Below are positions 1-11,228 of a stretch of 64,000 nt of DNA, in pieces. Origin of the DNA: a virus; IMG/VR virus record IMGVR_UViG_3300033146_001759, positions 8,958 through 72,957 of that record, one strand, 5' to 3'. The position numbers were made by a program, and so were the translations under genes. Positions within the stretch are counted from its first letter, which is position 1, and each line of letters opens with the position of its first letter. The notes beneath the pieces were generated by a model. The model had not been told where the DNA came from and ran no database searches. It saw only the letters and a program-made list of their open reading frames with translations.

Positions 1-101
1 TTTATCCACCACATTAAATAACCCAAGTGAAATAAAGCTAAACACCATCAATAATATATTTGATCAAGAAACTCATATAAAAAACTTCAGTATATTAAAA
101 G

Positions 102-311
102 ATGATGTTTTTTTTTTATATAGCAGAAGCATCAATACAACACCACAATTGGATTTATGAAGATATAGGGGTAAAAATAATATGTTTTATTAAAGCATTT
201 AAAATATTAAATTATAATAATTTAAAATATGAAATACCACAAAAAGAAATAGATATTTACAAACAATATATTAGAACTGAAAAACTGAAAACAATTTTAG
301 AAATTCGCTAA
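102..311 (+). CDS. small hypothetical protein with C-terminal RxxKLKTIL motif
   Basis: 69 aa ORF ending IRTEKLKTILEIR; the motif is shared with several other ORFs in the window. Confidence 0.6.
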   Translation: MMFFFYIAEASIQHHNWIYEDIGVKIICFIKAFKILNYNNLKYEIPQKEIDIYKQYIRTEKLKTILEIR

Positions 312-561
312 AAAATAGAACTCTGCTTATCCATTTAAACTATTTTTCAACTTTGCACATACTTAATTAGGCTACACCAACACTATTATTGATTGTTATG
401 TATTTTAATCTAGTGTCTTTCCCATTATTATATATCTACTGCATCTTCAACGATCAGAGTAATAAGTCAATAATCATCTACTCAGTATAGTTTTTAATTA
501 TGTTACAAAGGTAATACTTTTTTTTATACAAAATATATTTATTTTATGTTTAATTTTTATT

Positions 562-569
562 TATCTTTG
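562..569 (+). promoter_or_regulatory. Bacteroidota-type -7 promoter element (TAnnTTTG)
   Basis: TATCTTTG about 30 nt upstream of ATG 599; a divergent copy lies at 506-513 on the minus strand. Confidence 0.7.
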
Positions 570-598
570 TGGAATATTAATCAATAAAATATTTTGTT

Positions 599-1270
<672 letters not shown>

Positions 1271-1305
1271 TTTAACATATACAATAACCATCTAAATAAA
1301 ATAAA

Positions 1306-1659
1306 CTACACTAATTCCAGTTGATTAATGTAGTTTATTTTTTGTTGTATAAACTGTTTTCCTATCGTTCCATTCATTCTAATTGTATCTTGGTTATTAG
1401 AACACAATATTAATGTTGGTAAATTTTTAATAGAAAATAATTCTGCTAATTCATATTCTTCTTCAATATCAACCATATAAAAAATAATATCTTTATTTAT
1501 TTTTTCTAACTCTATCAAATCTTGTTTTATTTTATCACATGGTTTACACCATGTTGCATAAAAATCAATTATACATGGTATATTTGATTTATATACACAT
1601 TGATTATTTTCTGAGATTATAAAATTATTTAATAGCTCCTTTGTTGTTATTTTTACCAT
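1306..1659 (-). CDS. trxA: thioredoxin
   Basis: DFYATWCKPC active site, LPTL cis-Pro motif, 117 aa. Confidence 0.9.
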   Translation of the reverse strand: MVKITTKELLNNFIISENNQCVYKSNIPCIIDFYATWCKPCDKIKQDLIELEKINKDIIFYMVDIEEEYELAELFSIKNLPTLILCSNNQDTIRMNGTIGKQFIQQKINYINQLELV

Positions 1660-1964
1660 TGTTTATGAATTATTTTTTTGTTTTTTTATATATTTAATGA
1701 AAAAAATCAAAAAATAAATCTATTTTTTATACCCTGATTTATGGCTTATAATTGACGTATTATTTTAAGATATTTATTTTTTTTTCATAAAAATAATTAA
1801 CTTGAATGTAATATTCCCAAGATATTATAAAAAAAAAAATATAAATTATAAAAACTTTTATAAAAAAATAAAATATAACCTATATTCATGAGATATATAC
1901 CATTTATAGATTATAGTTTTAATATATAAATTATATTTAAGAAAAAAAAAACAATGTCAAAAAT

Positions 1965-3098
1965 ATGTCAGTAATAAATTTAAAAAGTCAAACAGATTTA
2001 TCAGGTTTTTATATCATATATAAAGGTTCAGTACAAAATGAAAAATCAGGGAATTTTGGAATTTCACATTTAATGGAACACCTAGTATATAAAAGTATTG
2101 ATTATTTAATGGATGATTTTGATCGATATGGTATAGCAAACAACGCATATACATCAGACACAGAAATCGTTTTTTATATAACAGGGTTAGATGAATATAT
2201 AAACAAATATAAATCTGAAATTTTAGAAAAACTATTAAAATTCCAAATAACAGAAGAACAGTTTATAAACGAAAGACAAATCGTATTACAAGAATATGAT
2301 ATGTATTTTGGACAACGAACTGAAAACCATTCTTTAAATTTAAATAGAAAATTATTTAATACATATGATGCTATTGGTTATAAACAAGATTTAGAATCAT
2401 TATCATATAAAGACATTAAAGATTATTTTGAATTACAATTCACTAAACCACACACCATAATCAATGTTTCCAAACATAATGATTTTAAAACAGATATTGA
2501 ATTTTCAAATGCAACATATTCCAATATCATATCATATCAAGAAACTCCAAAACAAGAAACTATATATGAACCAATTAACTTAACACCAGGTAAAGTTAGC
2601 TTAATTAATGTCAACAAAAATGTTATAATACAAGATTTCCCATATATATCATTCATAACTAGAATGTTAGGACATGGACTTCAAAGTCCACTATACCAAG
2701 AAATAAGAGAGAAAAAGGGGTTAGTATATTACGTTAGATGTAGTTTAGATAGAATGAGCGACAATTCTGGAATATTACATTTTTCTAGTGAAACATCCGA
2801 AGATTTAGTTGAAGAATTTCAAAACACATTAAAAGAAATATTAGACAACCCCAAAAAATATATGACACAAGAAAGGTTTGATATTATATATGATGCCATA
2901 AAAATATCTTTAAAAACATCTAAAATAAATAGATATAGTAATGTAAATAAATACATAACACCAAAAGAATGGCAATCAGAATATATATTACCTAATTTAA
3001 CATTAAATAAAATAATGGATTATTACGTTAAATATTTTAATTTTGATGATTTATATTTAAGTATTGATTCTAACGAAACATTTAATAATAAAGCATAA
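1965..3098 (+). CDS. M16 family (insulinase-like) zinc peptidase
   Basis: GISHLMEH (HxxEH), NAYTS, and SPLYQEIREKKGLVY in the C-terminal domain. Confidence 0.9.
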   Translation: MSVINLKSQTDLSGFYIIYKGSVQNEKSGNFGISHLMEHLVYKSIDYLMDDFDRYGIANNAYTSDTEIVFYITGLDEYINKYKSEILEKLLKFQITEEQFINERQIVLQEYDMYFGQRTENHSLNLNRKLFNTYDAIGYKQDLESLSYKDIKDYFELQFTKPHTIINVSKHNDFKTDIEFSNATYSNIISYQETPKQETIYEPINLTPGKVSLINVNKNVIIQDFPYISFITRMLGHGLQSPLYQEIREKKGLVYYVRCSLDRMSDNSGILHFSSETSEDLVEEFQNTLKEILDNPKKYMTQERFDIIYDAIKISLKTSKINRYSNVNKYITPKEWQSEYILPNLTLNKIMDYYVKYFNFDDLYLSIDSNETFNNKA

Positions 3099-3652
3099 TG
3101 ATTACGAAACTAAAAATATTTGAAATGAACCACATATCGGAATTTGATTTCAATTCATTAGATGATATTAAATATTTTGTGGAAAAAGAAAATGGTGATA
3201 TTAATAATTTTAATACTCCACTAATTATATATTTTATAAATAAATTTAGTTTGAAAGATGATGAAGAGGAAATTTATAAAATAACCAAATACCTATTAAA
3301 AAATGGTGCTAACATAAACGCTCAAACCAATTTACACACACCATTAATATGTACACTAATTAATGGATTTCATAAAGTTTCAAATTTTTTAATTGATAAT
3401 GGTGCAGATCCAAACACAAAACCATTAGGAAATGGCACTGATACCCCACTACTAAAAGCATTAGTTATTAATAAATTACACAAAACTAAAATAGATCACA
3501 CCATAATCAAACTAATAAGAAAAGGATCAAAATTACATCATAATGAGGTAAAACTTTTAACACCAACACTATTAAAATACATTAAACACATTTTCAGAAA
3601 ACAATGGAATAAATACGAAAAAGAAAATACTTTAGATAATTTTAATATTTAA
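3098..3652 (+). CDS. ankyrin-repeat protein with CTS-like N-terminus and FNI C-terminus
   Basis: LLKNGANINA..TPL and LIDNGADPN..DTPLLKA; starts MITKLKIFE, ends DNFNI. Confidence 0.85.
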   Translation: MITKLKIFEMNHISEFDFNSLDDIKYFVEKENGDINNFNTPLIIYFINKFSLKDDEEEIYKITKYLLKNGANINAQTNLHTPLICTLINGFHKVSNFLIDNGADPNTKPLGNGTDTPLLKALVINKLHKTKIDHTIIKLIRKGSKLHHNEVKLLTPTLLKYIKHIFRKQWNKYEKENTLDNFNI

Positions 3653-3676
3653 TTTGTATATTGAAATAATTAATTG

Positions 3677-3684
3677 TATCTTTG
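3677..3684 (+). promoter_or_regulatory. Bacteroidota-type -7 promoter element
   Basis: TATCTTTG immediately upstream of the structured RNA candidate. Confidence 0.7.
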
Positions 3685-3688
3685 CAAA

Positions 3689-3855
3689 GGAAATCGAAAC
3701 CACATTAGTTCAGGTAAGGTCCTGATATAAGTGATGAAAAAAACATCATCATCTCAGGTCTATGGGAAGTAAATTTATTGATAACCCTAACCCGGTGGTT
3801 TAATCAGAATATAACTGAAAAAAACATGTAGGTTCGAGTCCTTCTATGACAACAA
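3689..3855 (+). ncRNA. candidate structured ncRNA with tRNA-like T-arm at the 3' end
   Basis: GC-enriched and non-coding. Helix AAACCAC(3697-3703)/GTGGTTT(3795-3801); hairpins TCAGG/CCTGA, TGATG/CATCA and TCAG/CTGA; GTAGGTTCGAGTCCT near the 3' end. Confidence 0.55.
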
Positions 3856-4031
3856 AATATTATATCATATGACAAATAATTTATACCAATACTTAAAAAA
3901 AGAATGGATATATTGCAACCACAAAAAATATCATCACTATTTTGATGGTTGGGTAAATAATTTAACAGAAAACCAAATATATTACTTTAAAATTTATATG
4001 AATAAAAATATAATCACATGAAAAAAAAAAC

Positions 4032-4448
4032 ATGAAAATAACCGATGCTATTGATTACTTAAATGGAACAATTTTAGTGAATGAAAAAACATTAGACGAA
4101 ATAAATCTAATTAAACCAAAAAATTTCGAATTTAAAAAATATATTGGTACTTTTTCTACAATATTAATTATTGGGATTATACCTACCGTAACTATATCAT
4201 TATTTATGACTGATATGTTTATAAAAATTATGATATTATCATTATCATTTACATTTTTTACATCATTCTTATCAACAATAGATAATTCGAATGGGTTCAT
4301 GTTTAATTATATCAGCAATAGCTTAAATATTAATAAATATATCAACCTATTAGATTATAAGAGGAAAATAGAAAAAGAACTACTTTCAGAAAAAGCACAA
4401 ATTGATGTATTAAATCATATGTTAAATCACCACCAAACGACAATATAA
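4032..4448 (+). CDS. hypothetical membrane protein (2 TM)
   Basis: Two hydrophobic stretches in 138 aa. Confidence 0.7.
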   Translation: MKITDAIDYLNGTILVNEKTLDEINLIKPKNFEFKKYIGTFSTILIIGIIPTVTISLFMTDMFIKIMILSLSFTFFTSFLSTIDNSNGFMFNYISNSLNINKYINLLDYKRKIEKELLSEKAQIDVLNHMLNHHQTTI

Positions 4449-4450
4449 AT

Positions 4451-4633
4451 ATGGAAAACAATATACCAGATAAATTAATATTAAACAAATTCACTATCAA
4501 CAAACCATTTGATTGGGAGTTAGACACAGTACAATTAGAGATAAATAGTTATGTTTATGATTCAACTAATATTAGCTTAGATGATTTAAAACTATTACAC
4601 GATTATATAGGAAAAATACTCAAAATTTATTAA
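4451..4633 (+). CDS. hypothetical protein
   Basis: 60 aa ORF packed tightly between its neighbours. Confidence 0.6.
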   Translation: MENNIPDKLILNKFTINKPFDWELDTVQLEINSYVYDSTNISLDDLKLLHDYIGKILKIY

Positions 4634-4634
4634 T

Positions 4635-5216
4635 ATGGGAAAAATAGGATTATTTATGGGTTCATTTAATCCAATCCATATAGGTCATATGATTATTGCT
4701 AATTATATGTTAGAGTTTACTGATTTAGATGAAATATTATTCATAGTCAGCCCACAAAACCCATTTAAAGAAAATTCAGAACTTTCTCCTGAACAACACA
4801 GATTAGAAATGGTAAAAATAGCAATATCCAACTCAAAAAATATGAGTGTGTCAGATATTGAGTTTAAAATGAAAAAACCATCTTATACAATAGATACATT
4901 AAAAAAATTAATAGGAGATTCATTAGATGAATATTTTTTAATTATAGGATCTGATAATTTAATAATTTTTGAAAATTGGCATAAATATAAAGAAATTTTA
5001 AAATTAGTTGACTTATATGTTTATAATAGAAAAGGATATAATTATATTAACATTGATTTTATCAATAAATATAATATTAAAATCTTCAATAATTGCCCTG
5101 AAATAGAAATGTCGTCAACTTTCATAAGAAAAAACACTATAACTAAAAATCTTAAATATTTCCTTCCTGGAAATGTTTATGAATATATGAATAAACACAA
5201 CTTATATAAAAAATAA
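4635..5216 (+). CDS. nadD: nicotinate-nucleotide adenylyltransferase
   Basis: GSFNPIHIGH (HxGH), SPQNPFK, SYTIDTL, IIGSDN and MSST motifs. Confidence 0.93.
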   Translation: MGKIGLFMGSFNPIHIGHMIIANYMLEFTDLDEILFIVSPQNPFKENSELSPEQHRLEMVKIAISNSKNMSVSDIEFKMKKPSYTIDTLKKLIGDSLDEYFLIIGSDNLIIFENWHKYKEILKLVDLYVYNRKGYNYINIDFINKYNIKIFNNCPEIEMSSTFIRKNTITKNLKYFLPGNVYEYMNKHNLYKK

Positions 5217-5225
5217 TTAAAAAAC

Positions 5226-6053
5226 ATGAATATATTTAAAAAATATTTAGCGAACAACTTAGCAATAGCATATAAAAATAAAAATTATATTGATTTTATT
5301 AAACTATATAAAAGAATAACTAAATTAGATAATAATTTCTATTATAGATTATTTGATATGAAAGAAGATGAAATATCAATATTATTAAATATTGATGTGA
5401 AATTTGTAATAAATAATATAGATAATTTTATGTGTAAATATAACAGACTTATCATCACCTCTGCATTAAAATACAATAAGATAAAATATAATTATTTATT
5501 ATCTAATACATCATTAACAATAAATGATTTTTATCAAATATTACTCGAATTAGACGACAAAGAATATTTTGATGAAAATATTAGTTTAATCCAAATTAAA
5601 GACGTAACCGAAGATAGTTCATATATTTCACTAAAATACTATTTTGATAATATAGTATATTTTGATAGTTGGGAAAATAAAACATTATTTATATACAATA
5701 AACTTCTACATAATAGACAATTTTTAGAATGGTTTATATTACCAGAAGATATTATAAAAATTGAAAATTTTGAAAATTTAAATAAATGTTCATTATATTG
5801 TGATGCATATAATGAAAAACATATTATACAATTTTTAAAATCTTTAACACACCAATCACTATACAATAAATATCTTTTAAAAAAAATAAAAAAAATAGAC
5901 ATGGATAATATTCAAATTTATGGCATTGTTATGGATATTTTGAATTGTACACCAACAGAATGTTTAGCAACTATTTTAGTTAAAACAGATTTAACAATAA
6001 AAGAAAAACAAGAAATATTATTATTAAAAACAAGAAAATCATGTTCAATATAA
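5226..6053 (+). CDS. hypothetical protein
   Basis: 275 aa ORF within the operon. Confidence 0.7.
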   Translation: MNIFKKYLANNLAIAYKNKNYIDFIKLYKRITKLDNNFYYRLFDMKEDEISILLNIDVKFVINNIDNFMCKYNRLIITSALKYNKIKYNYLLSNTSLTINDFYQILLELDDKEYFDENISLIQIKDVTEDSSYISLKYYFDNIVYFDSWENKTLFIYNKLLHNRQFLEWFILPEDIIKIENFENLNKCSLYCDAYNEKHIIQFLKSLTHQSLYNKYLLKKIKKIDMDNIQIYGIVMDILNCTPTECLATILVKTDLTIKEKQEILLLKTRKSCSI

Positions 6054-6382
6054 AACCTATATTTTATTTATATTTAAGTATATTTTCGTTAATATTATTT
6101 ATTGGATTTCTCACATATGATCAAAAATATACATATATAATATTTATTAGTTTTTTAACTACAATTTTATTTGGTAATTTACATGGTTATTCAACAGAAA
6201 AATTAAAATGGAACAATGGTATTTGTAAAAAAACCAATAAACCATGGGAATTTATAGATTATGATGAACTACAAGATGAATCATATATTTTTACATTTAA
6301 ATCAGAAACTCATACATATTCTTCACAATATTTACATTATGATTTATTAAAAAAACAATACAAAGGAAAAAACAAATTATAA
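6041..6382 (+). CDS. hypothetical membrane protein
   Basis: Two N-terminal TM segments followed by a WNNGIC motif. Confidence 0.7.
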   Translation: MFNIKPIFYLYLSIFSLILFIGFLTYDQKYTYIIFISFLTTILFGNLHGYSTEKLKWNNGICKKTNKPWEFIDYDELQDESYIFTFKSETHTYSSQYLHYDLLKKQYKGKNKL

Positions 6383-6383
6383 T

Positions 6384-6848
6384 ATGGGAAAATTAAAAAT
6401 AAAAAACGAAATTTCATTAAAAAATAAAAAAGCATTTTTTAATTATGAAATATTAGAGGTATTTGAAGCAGGAATAGTATTAGTTGGTTCTGAAGTAAAA
6501 TCCATTAGAAATAGTAATGTTAGTTTTACAGATTCATATTGTATTTTTAATAATGATACAGAATTATTTTTAAAAAATCTACATATAGACACATATAAAA
6601 ATACATCATATAATGAACATGATCCAAAAAGAGAAAGAAAGTTATTACTAACCAAAAAAGAGTTACTTAAACTTAATGAAAAGGTCAAAAAACAAGGAAT
6701 AACAATACTACCACTAAAAATATATTTTAAAAATGGAAAAGTAAAAATAAATATAGGTCTAGCCAGAGGTAAAAAACAACACGACAAAAGAGAATCAATT
6801 AAAGAAAAAGACATTAAACGAGAATTAGATAGAAATATTAAACGATGA
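6384..6848 (+). CDS. smpB: SsrA-binding protein SmpB
   Basis: NKKAFFNYEILEVFEAGIVLVGSEVKSIR, RERKLLL and LARGKKQHDKRESIK. Confidence 0.96.
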   Translation: MGKLKIKNEISLKNKKAFFNYEILEVFEAGIVLVGSEVKSIRNSNVSFTDSYCIFNNDTELFLKNLHIDTYKNTSYNEHDPKRERKLLLTKKELLKLNEKVKKQGITILPLKIYFKNGKVKINIGLARGKKQHDKRESIKEKDIKRELDRNIKR

Positions 6849-6985
6849 TACCAACAACATTCACATTAAATATTTTCCATGAAGATAAGCAACAAATAAT
6901 AAACCACATATCTGATCATTATGATTTATCTATATTCAAAAATATTAATAAATAAGAAAAAATTATAAACCAAGTAACAATTTTT

Positions 6986-7171
6986 TTGATTTTTTTCAAT
7001 AATAATAATATTTTTAATGATAAATTAACAATATACATAAAAAACAATAAATATAATGGGTTTGATAAAGACTTCTTAAACACAGAACAATTAGAAACCA
7101 TTATCAACAGTAAAACATTTATCAATAAATTAAGAGTACTAAAATTAAAATCTATTTTAAAATATGATTAA
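6986..7171 (+). CDS. small hypothetical protein with RxxKLKSIL motif (true start uncertain)
   Basis: Ends LRVLKLKSILKYD. Confidence 0.5.
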   Translation: MIFFNNNNIFNDKLTIYIKNNKYNGFDKDFLNTEQLETIINSKTFINKLRVLKLKSILKYD

Positions 7172-7445
7172 TAATACAACATTAAATACATTACAATCAA
7201 AAATGAATATTTTTGATAAAAACATTAAACTATTATTAATAGATGAAGATACATCTTTAATAGCATTATATAGAAATAAAATATATCAAACAAATATTAG
7301 AACATTAAATAGTTCAGACAATAATTATATATTAAATAGTAATATAAATATAATAGAAAAATTAATCAACATAATTAAAAATGATCAATTTTATTTAAGA
7401 AGTAATAAATTAAGAACAATTTTAAAAAAAAACAAAAACATTTAA
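7164..7445 (+). CDS. small hypothetical protein with RxxKLRTIL motif
   Basis: Ends LRSNKLRTILKKNKNI. Confidence 0.6.
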   Translation: MINNTTLNTLQSKMNIFDKNIKLLLIDEDTSLIALYRNKIYQTNIRTLNSSDNNYILNSNINIIEKLINIIKNDQFYLRSNKLRTILKKNKNI

Positions 7446-7750
7446 TATCATGAATATAAAAAATACTAAAAACAATATAGAAAAGTATATATCATTATCA
7501 GATAAACCACTTGACTATAAAACAATAAATTCTACTGATTTCTTTATAAGACAATATAAAAAAACAAACAACTAACAAAAACATTCCATAATAATGATGG
7601 TGATGTACTTGATATTATTATTAGTTTAGATAATTTAATAACAACAATAGCAAATTATAGATATGATATTGTTAGAAACATTAAATTATGAAGAAGATGA
7701 TAAATACCACATTGCACACAAATTTTTAAAATAAAATAAAACATATAATT

Positions 7751-8611
7751 ATGAACGTATTAAGCTTATTTGATGGTATGAGTGGTGGCCAAATAGCACT
7801 CAATCAATTAAACATTAAAGTAGATAAATATTTCTCTTCTGAAATAGATAAATTTACTATCAAAGTCACACAAGAAAATTACCCTAACACAATACAAATT
7901 GGTGATATTAAAGATGTTGATACCAACAAATTACCGAAAATTGATTTATTGATTGGTGGTTCACCATGTCAAGGTTTTTCATTTGCTGGAAAACAATTAA
8001 ATTTTGAAGACCCAAGAAGTAAATTATTTTTTGAATATGCTAGAATACTTAAAGAAATAAAACCAAAATATTTTTTACTCGAAAATGTTAAAATGAAAAA
8101 AGAATATCAAGACATTATCACTGAATACTTAGGAGTTGAACCAATTTCAATAAATAGTGAATTTTTTTCTGCACAACGAAGAGAACGATTATTTTGGACA
8201 AATATTAAAATAAATGAATTACCAAATGAAAATAAAACCACAATTTCCGATATATTAGAACCAAAATTCAGTAATAATCTTTTAATAGATAAATGTAGAA
8301 TAAAAAACTATTGGATAACTAAAAATTATTTTCAATATGATATTAGTGGAAAAAAACACAAATCACAAGATCAACGAGCATACTTTGAATATAGTAAACA
8401 TGGTACTCTTCAAGCACATGGTGCAAGTAGTAAAGTGAAAGTTTATTATAATAATGGATTTATTCGAAAATTAACACCAATAGAATGTGAGAGACTACAA
8501 ACAGTACCAGATAATTATACTAACTTTGTATCAAACTCACAAAGATATAAAATGTTAGGTAATGGTTGGACTATTGAAGTCATTAAACATATTTTAAAAA
8601 ATATTAAATAA
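7751..8611 (+). CDS. DNA (cytosine-5) methyltransferase
   Basis: LSLFDG (motif I), GGSPCQGFS (IV), ENV (VI), QRRERLFW (VIII), YKMLGNGW (X). Confidence 0.95.
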   Translation: MNVLSLFDGMSGGQIALNQLNIKVDKYFSSEIDKFTIKVTQENYPNTIQIGDIKDVDTNKLPKIDLLIGGSPCQGFSFAGKQLNFEDPRSKLFFEYARILKEIKPKYFLLENVKMKKEYQDIITEYLGVEPISINSEFFSAQRRERLFWTNIKINELPNENKTTISDILEPKFSNNLLIDKCRIKNYWITKNYFQYDISGKKHKSQDQRAYFEYSKHGTLQAHGASSKVKVYYNNGFIRKLTPIECERLQTVPDNYTNFVSNSQRYKMLGNGWTIEVIKHILKNIK

Positions 8612-8679
8612 ATAATAAATAAATATATATCGTAATGATTTTTTATTTACCTTTGTATCACATTAAACAAGTATAAAAT

Positions 8680-9921
8680 ATGAATATAAAACAACAGTGT
8701 GAACAATATTTAAAATACAAATATGAATATTACATTATTGGTGAATCTAGTATTAGTGATTATGAATTTGATGTATTTGAACAAGACTTAATTAAAACCA
8801 ATGATAGTTTAGCACTACAAGTAACAAATCTTGTTGATTTCCCATCATTAAAAACAATAAAAAGTATTGGTTTAAATATTGAAAATATAGCACCCACATA
8901 TAAAGTAAAACGTGATGATGCTGATTATAAACACTCAACATTGATGCTTTCAACACAAAAAATTCAAGTTAACGATGAAGACAATTTACCATTACACGAA
9001 GTTAATCTATTTTTAAATAGAACACAATCACCTTATTATGAATGTGGACCAAAATATGATGGAAATGGATTAGATGTTTTATATATAAATGGTAAATTAG
9101 AAAAAATATTAACTCGTGGGGATAAATTATATGGTAAAGATAAAACTAAAAAACTTAGCTTATTAGTACCATCAACAATCCCAATGAAAGGTAATATTGA
9201 AGTTAGAGGGGAAGTTGTAGTAAATGAAAAATATTGGAAAGAATTTTTCTCAAGAAATGACCCAAATAATCCTGATAATGCAAGAAATTGGGTTGCTGGA
9301 ATAATATCCAAAGAAAATTATTATATTGAGGAATTAAATGAATTAGTTTTTGTTGCGTTTTCTATGGTTGAAGTTAAAAACGAAAAACCAAACTATATAG
9401 AAAATGAAATAATAAAATTAAAGGAAAATGGATTCAACAAAAACCATGATCCATTCATGATTAAAATCAAAGGAATTAATGATTTTAAAGATATGTATTT
9501 TAAATATAAAAAATATAGAGATGATTGTGAATTTATGTTAGATGGTATTGTTATTAAATACCCAGAACATATAAGAAATAGTCTTGGTGTAAACAATAAG
9601 TATCCTAAATGGTCTGTTGCTATAAAATTCATCCCAGATGTAGTTAAGACAATGATTAAAGAGATTATTTGGTCATTGGGTAAAGATGGTCATTTAACCC
9701 CAATCGCTATCTTAGAGCCAGTAGAATTACTTGGTACAATGGTTAGAAAAGCAAGTTTAGCAAACTTAGGTAATATTCAAAGACGTGGTGCTTATCCTGG
9801 TGCAATAGTTTCCCTTAAAAAAAGTGGAGAAATCATACCAATGATTATAGATGTTTTAGTTAAAAGTCCAAAACACGATATATACGAAAAAGAATTAAAT
9901 GATTATTTATTAACACATTAA
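8680..9921 (+). CDS. ligA: NAD-dependent DNA ligase, short form (adenylation and OB domains only)
   Basis: ISDYEFD, PKYDG, TRGD, EVRGEV, DGIVIK, WSVAIKF and KSGEIIP; no Zn-finger, HhH or BRCT; TACCTTTG promoter at 8648-8655. Confidence 0.9.
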   Translation: MNIKQQCEQYLKYKYEYYIIGESSISDYEFDVFEQDLIKTNDSLALQVTNLVDFPSLKTIKSIGLNIENIAPTYKVKRDDADYKHSTLMLSTQKIQVNDEDNLPLHEVNLFLNRTQSPYYECGPKYDGNGLDVLYINGKLEKILTRGDKLYGKDKTKKLSLLVPSTIPMKGNIEVRGEVVVNEKYWKEFFSRNDPNNPDNARNWVAGIISKENYYIEELNELVFVAFSMVEVKNEKPNYIENEIIKLKENGFNKNHDPFMIKIKGINDFKDMYFKYKKYRDDCEFMLDGIVIKYPEHIRNSLGVNNKYPKWSVAIKFIPDVVKTMIKEIIWSLGKDGHLTPIAILEPVELLGTMVRKASLANLGNIQRRGAYPGAIVSLKKSGEIIPMIIDVLVKSPKHDIYEKELNDYLLTH

Positions 9922-9931
9922 AATCATCAAT

Positions 9932-10243
9932 ATGCCATATCTTAGTGAAAAAATAAAAATCTCTGGTACGAAACACGACAGAAGAATAAAATTAACACAA
10001 GAAGAAAGAATTGAGATATTTAATAGTAATTTATCTCAACGCAAACTTGCTGCAATTTATAATGTCAGCAGAAGCCTTATTCGGTTTATAAAAGACCCAG
10101 AAAAAGCTAAAAGAAATTATCAACTCAGATTACAACGAGGTGGATCCAAACAATATTATAATAAAGAATATTCTACATTAAAAACAAGAGAACATAGACA
10201 ATATAAACAACAATTATTTATAAACAACGAAATATCTAATTAA
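9932..10243 (+). CDS. helix-turn-helix DNA-binding protein
   Basis: LSQRKLAAIYNVSRSLIRFI HTH pattern. Confidence 0.7.
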   Translation: MPYLSEKIKISGTKHDRRIKLTQEERIEIFNSNLSQRKLAAIYNVSRSLIRFIKDPEKAKRNYQLRLQRGGSKQYYNKEYSTLKTREHRQYKQQLFINNEISN

Positions 10244-10245
10244 AT

Positions 10246-10497
10246 ATGAAAAATAAAATAGACCGTGCTGTTGACACTTATTTCAAAAATAATGAAATAA
10301 ACTCAAATGATTTATCTCACGTAAAAGATATAGCAAAATCTATACTATATGATAAATTTAATGTAATGCACGGTGGTGGATTCGTAAAAGCTTTTAATTT
10401 AAATAATTTATTGATGACTTTTCAAAAAGCTGATTTAACAATATTAGATGCTATACCATACTTAGTAAAAATGACACAAAATATAGAAATCAAATAA
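10246..10497 (+). CDS. hypothetical protein
   Basis: 83 aa ORF with a GGGFVKA motif. Confidence 0.65.
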   Translation: MKNKIDRAVDTYFKNNEINSNDLSHVKDIAKSILYDKFNVMHGGGFVKAFNLNNLLMTFQKADLTILDAIPYLVKMTQNIEIK

Positions 10498-10519
10498 TAA
10501 ACTTTAAATAATATAAATT

Positions 10520-10777
10520 ATGGGAAAATACATTAACACAAACAGTAAAGGTGAAGTACTACCAACAATCAACAAAGCAAAAGAGTTAATTAAAGATGGT
10601 GCAAAAATGGTTAGTGATGAAAAATTTTTAGAAAATATGGTATGTGTTGTTGAAAATGCATGGTTTGATGCAGCAGCATATGCTTATAGTGAAAAAGAAT
10701 TTTTATTATTTAAAGAACCAGATGGAAGGAAAAAAACGTGGTTAATATATCCACTCGCACCTAAATTAGCACAGTAA
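10520..10777 (+). CDS. hypothetical protein
   Basis: 85 aa ORF. Confidence 0.7.
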   Translation: MGKYINTNSKGEVLPTINKAKELIKDGAKMVSDEKFLENMVCVVENAWFDAAAYAYSEKEFLLFKEPDGRKKTWLIYPLAPKLAQ

Positions 10778-10797
10778 TTTTTATAGTAGTAAAAGAT

Positions 10798-11019
10798 TTA
10801 TTTCAATGTAATTATAGCAGAAATTATTTTTTTACTACTATATTTTTTTATTTCCAAAATATTATCATATTTGGTTTTTTTAATATCTTCTATTATGAAA
10901 TCTATTGCTAAATATGATTCAAAAAATATTTCAACATAATTTTCATCTTTACTATCCATTTTATATGCTTTTATATCAAACCCAGCATCCTTTAAATATT
11001 TTTTGACTATCTCCTTCAT
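10798..11019 (-). CDS. hypothetical protein
   Basis: 73 aa ORF. Confidence 0.55.
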   Translation of the reverse strand: MKEIVKKYLKDAGFDIKAYKMDSKDENYVEIFFESYLAIDFIIEDIKKTKYDNILEIKKYSSKKIISAIITLK

Positions 11020-11228
11020 CTTTTTTATTCTTTTTTATGGCTATGTTTATCATAACCAATTAACTCGTAGCATAATTAACAATATTTTTCAATAAATTCA
11101 CTTCATCAAATAATAAGACATATAATACATTAATAGATTTATGTTCAACGTTTTTAAATAACTGTTTATTTGCTGCTTGTTTCATAGTAATATATATTAA
11201 ATAAATAAATCATTTATTTATATACATA

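Noticed and set aside
3689-3855. Calling this element a canonical tRNA, tmRNA or SRP RNA
   Set aside because: No D-arm or acceptor pairing, no GGGG...CCACCA ends or tag ORF, and the SRP-like motif lacks the GNRA loop. It is kept only as an unknown ncRNA candidate.
7751-8611. Restriction-modification system
   Set aside because: The methyltransferase has no adjacent restriction endonuclease, and orphan methylases are common in phages.
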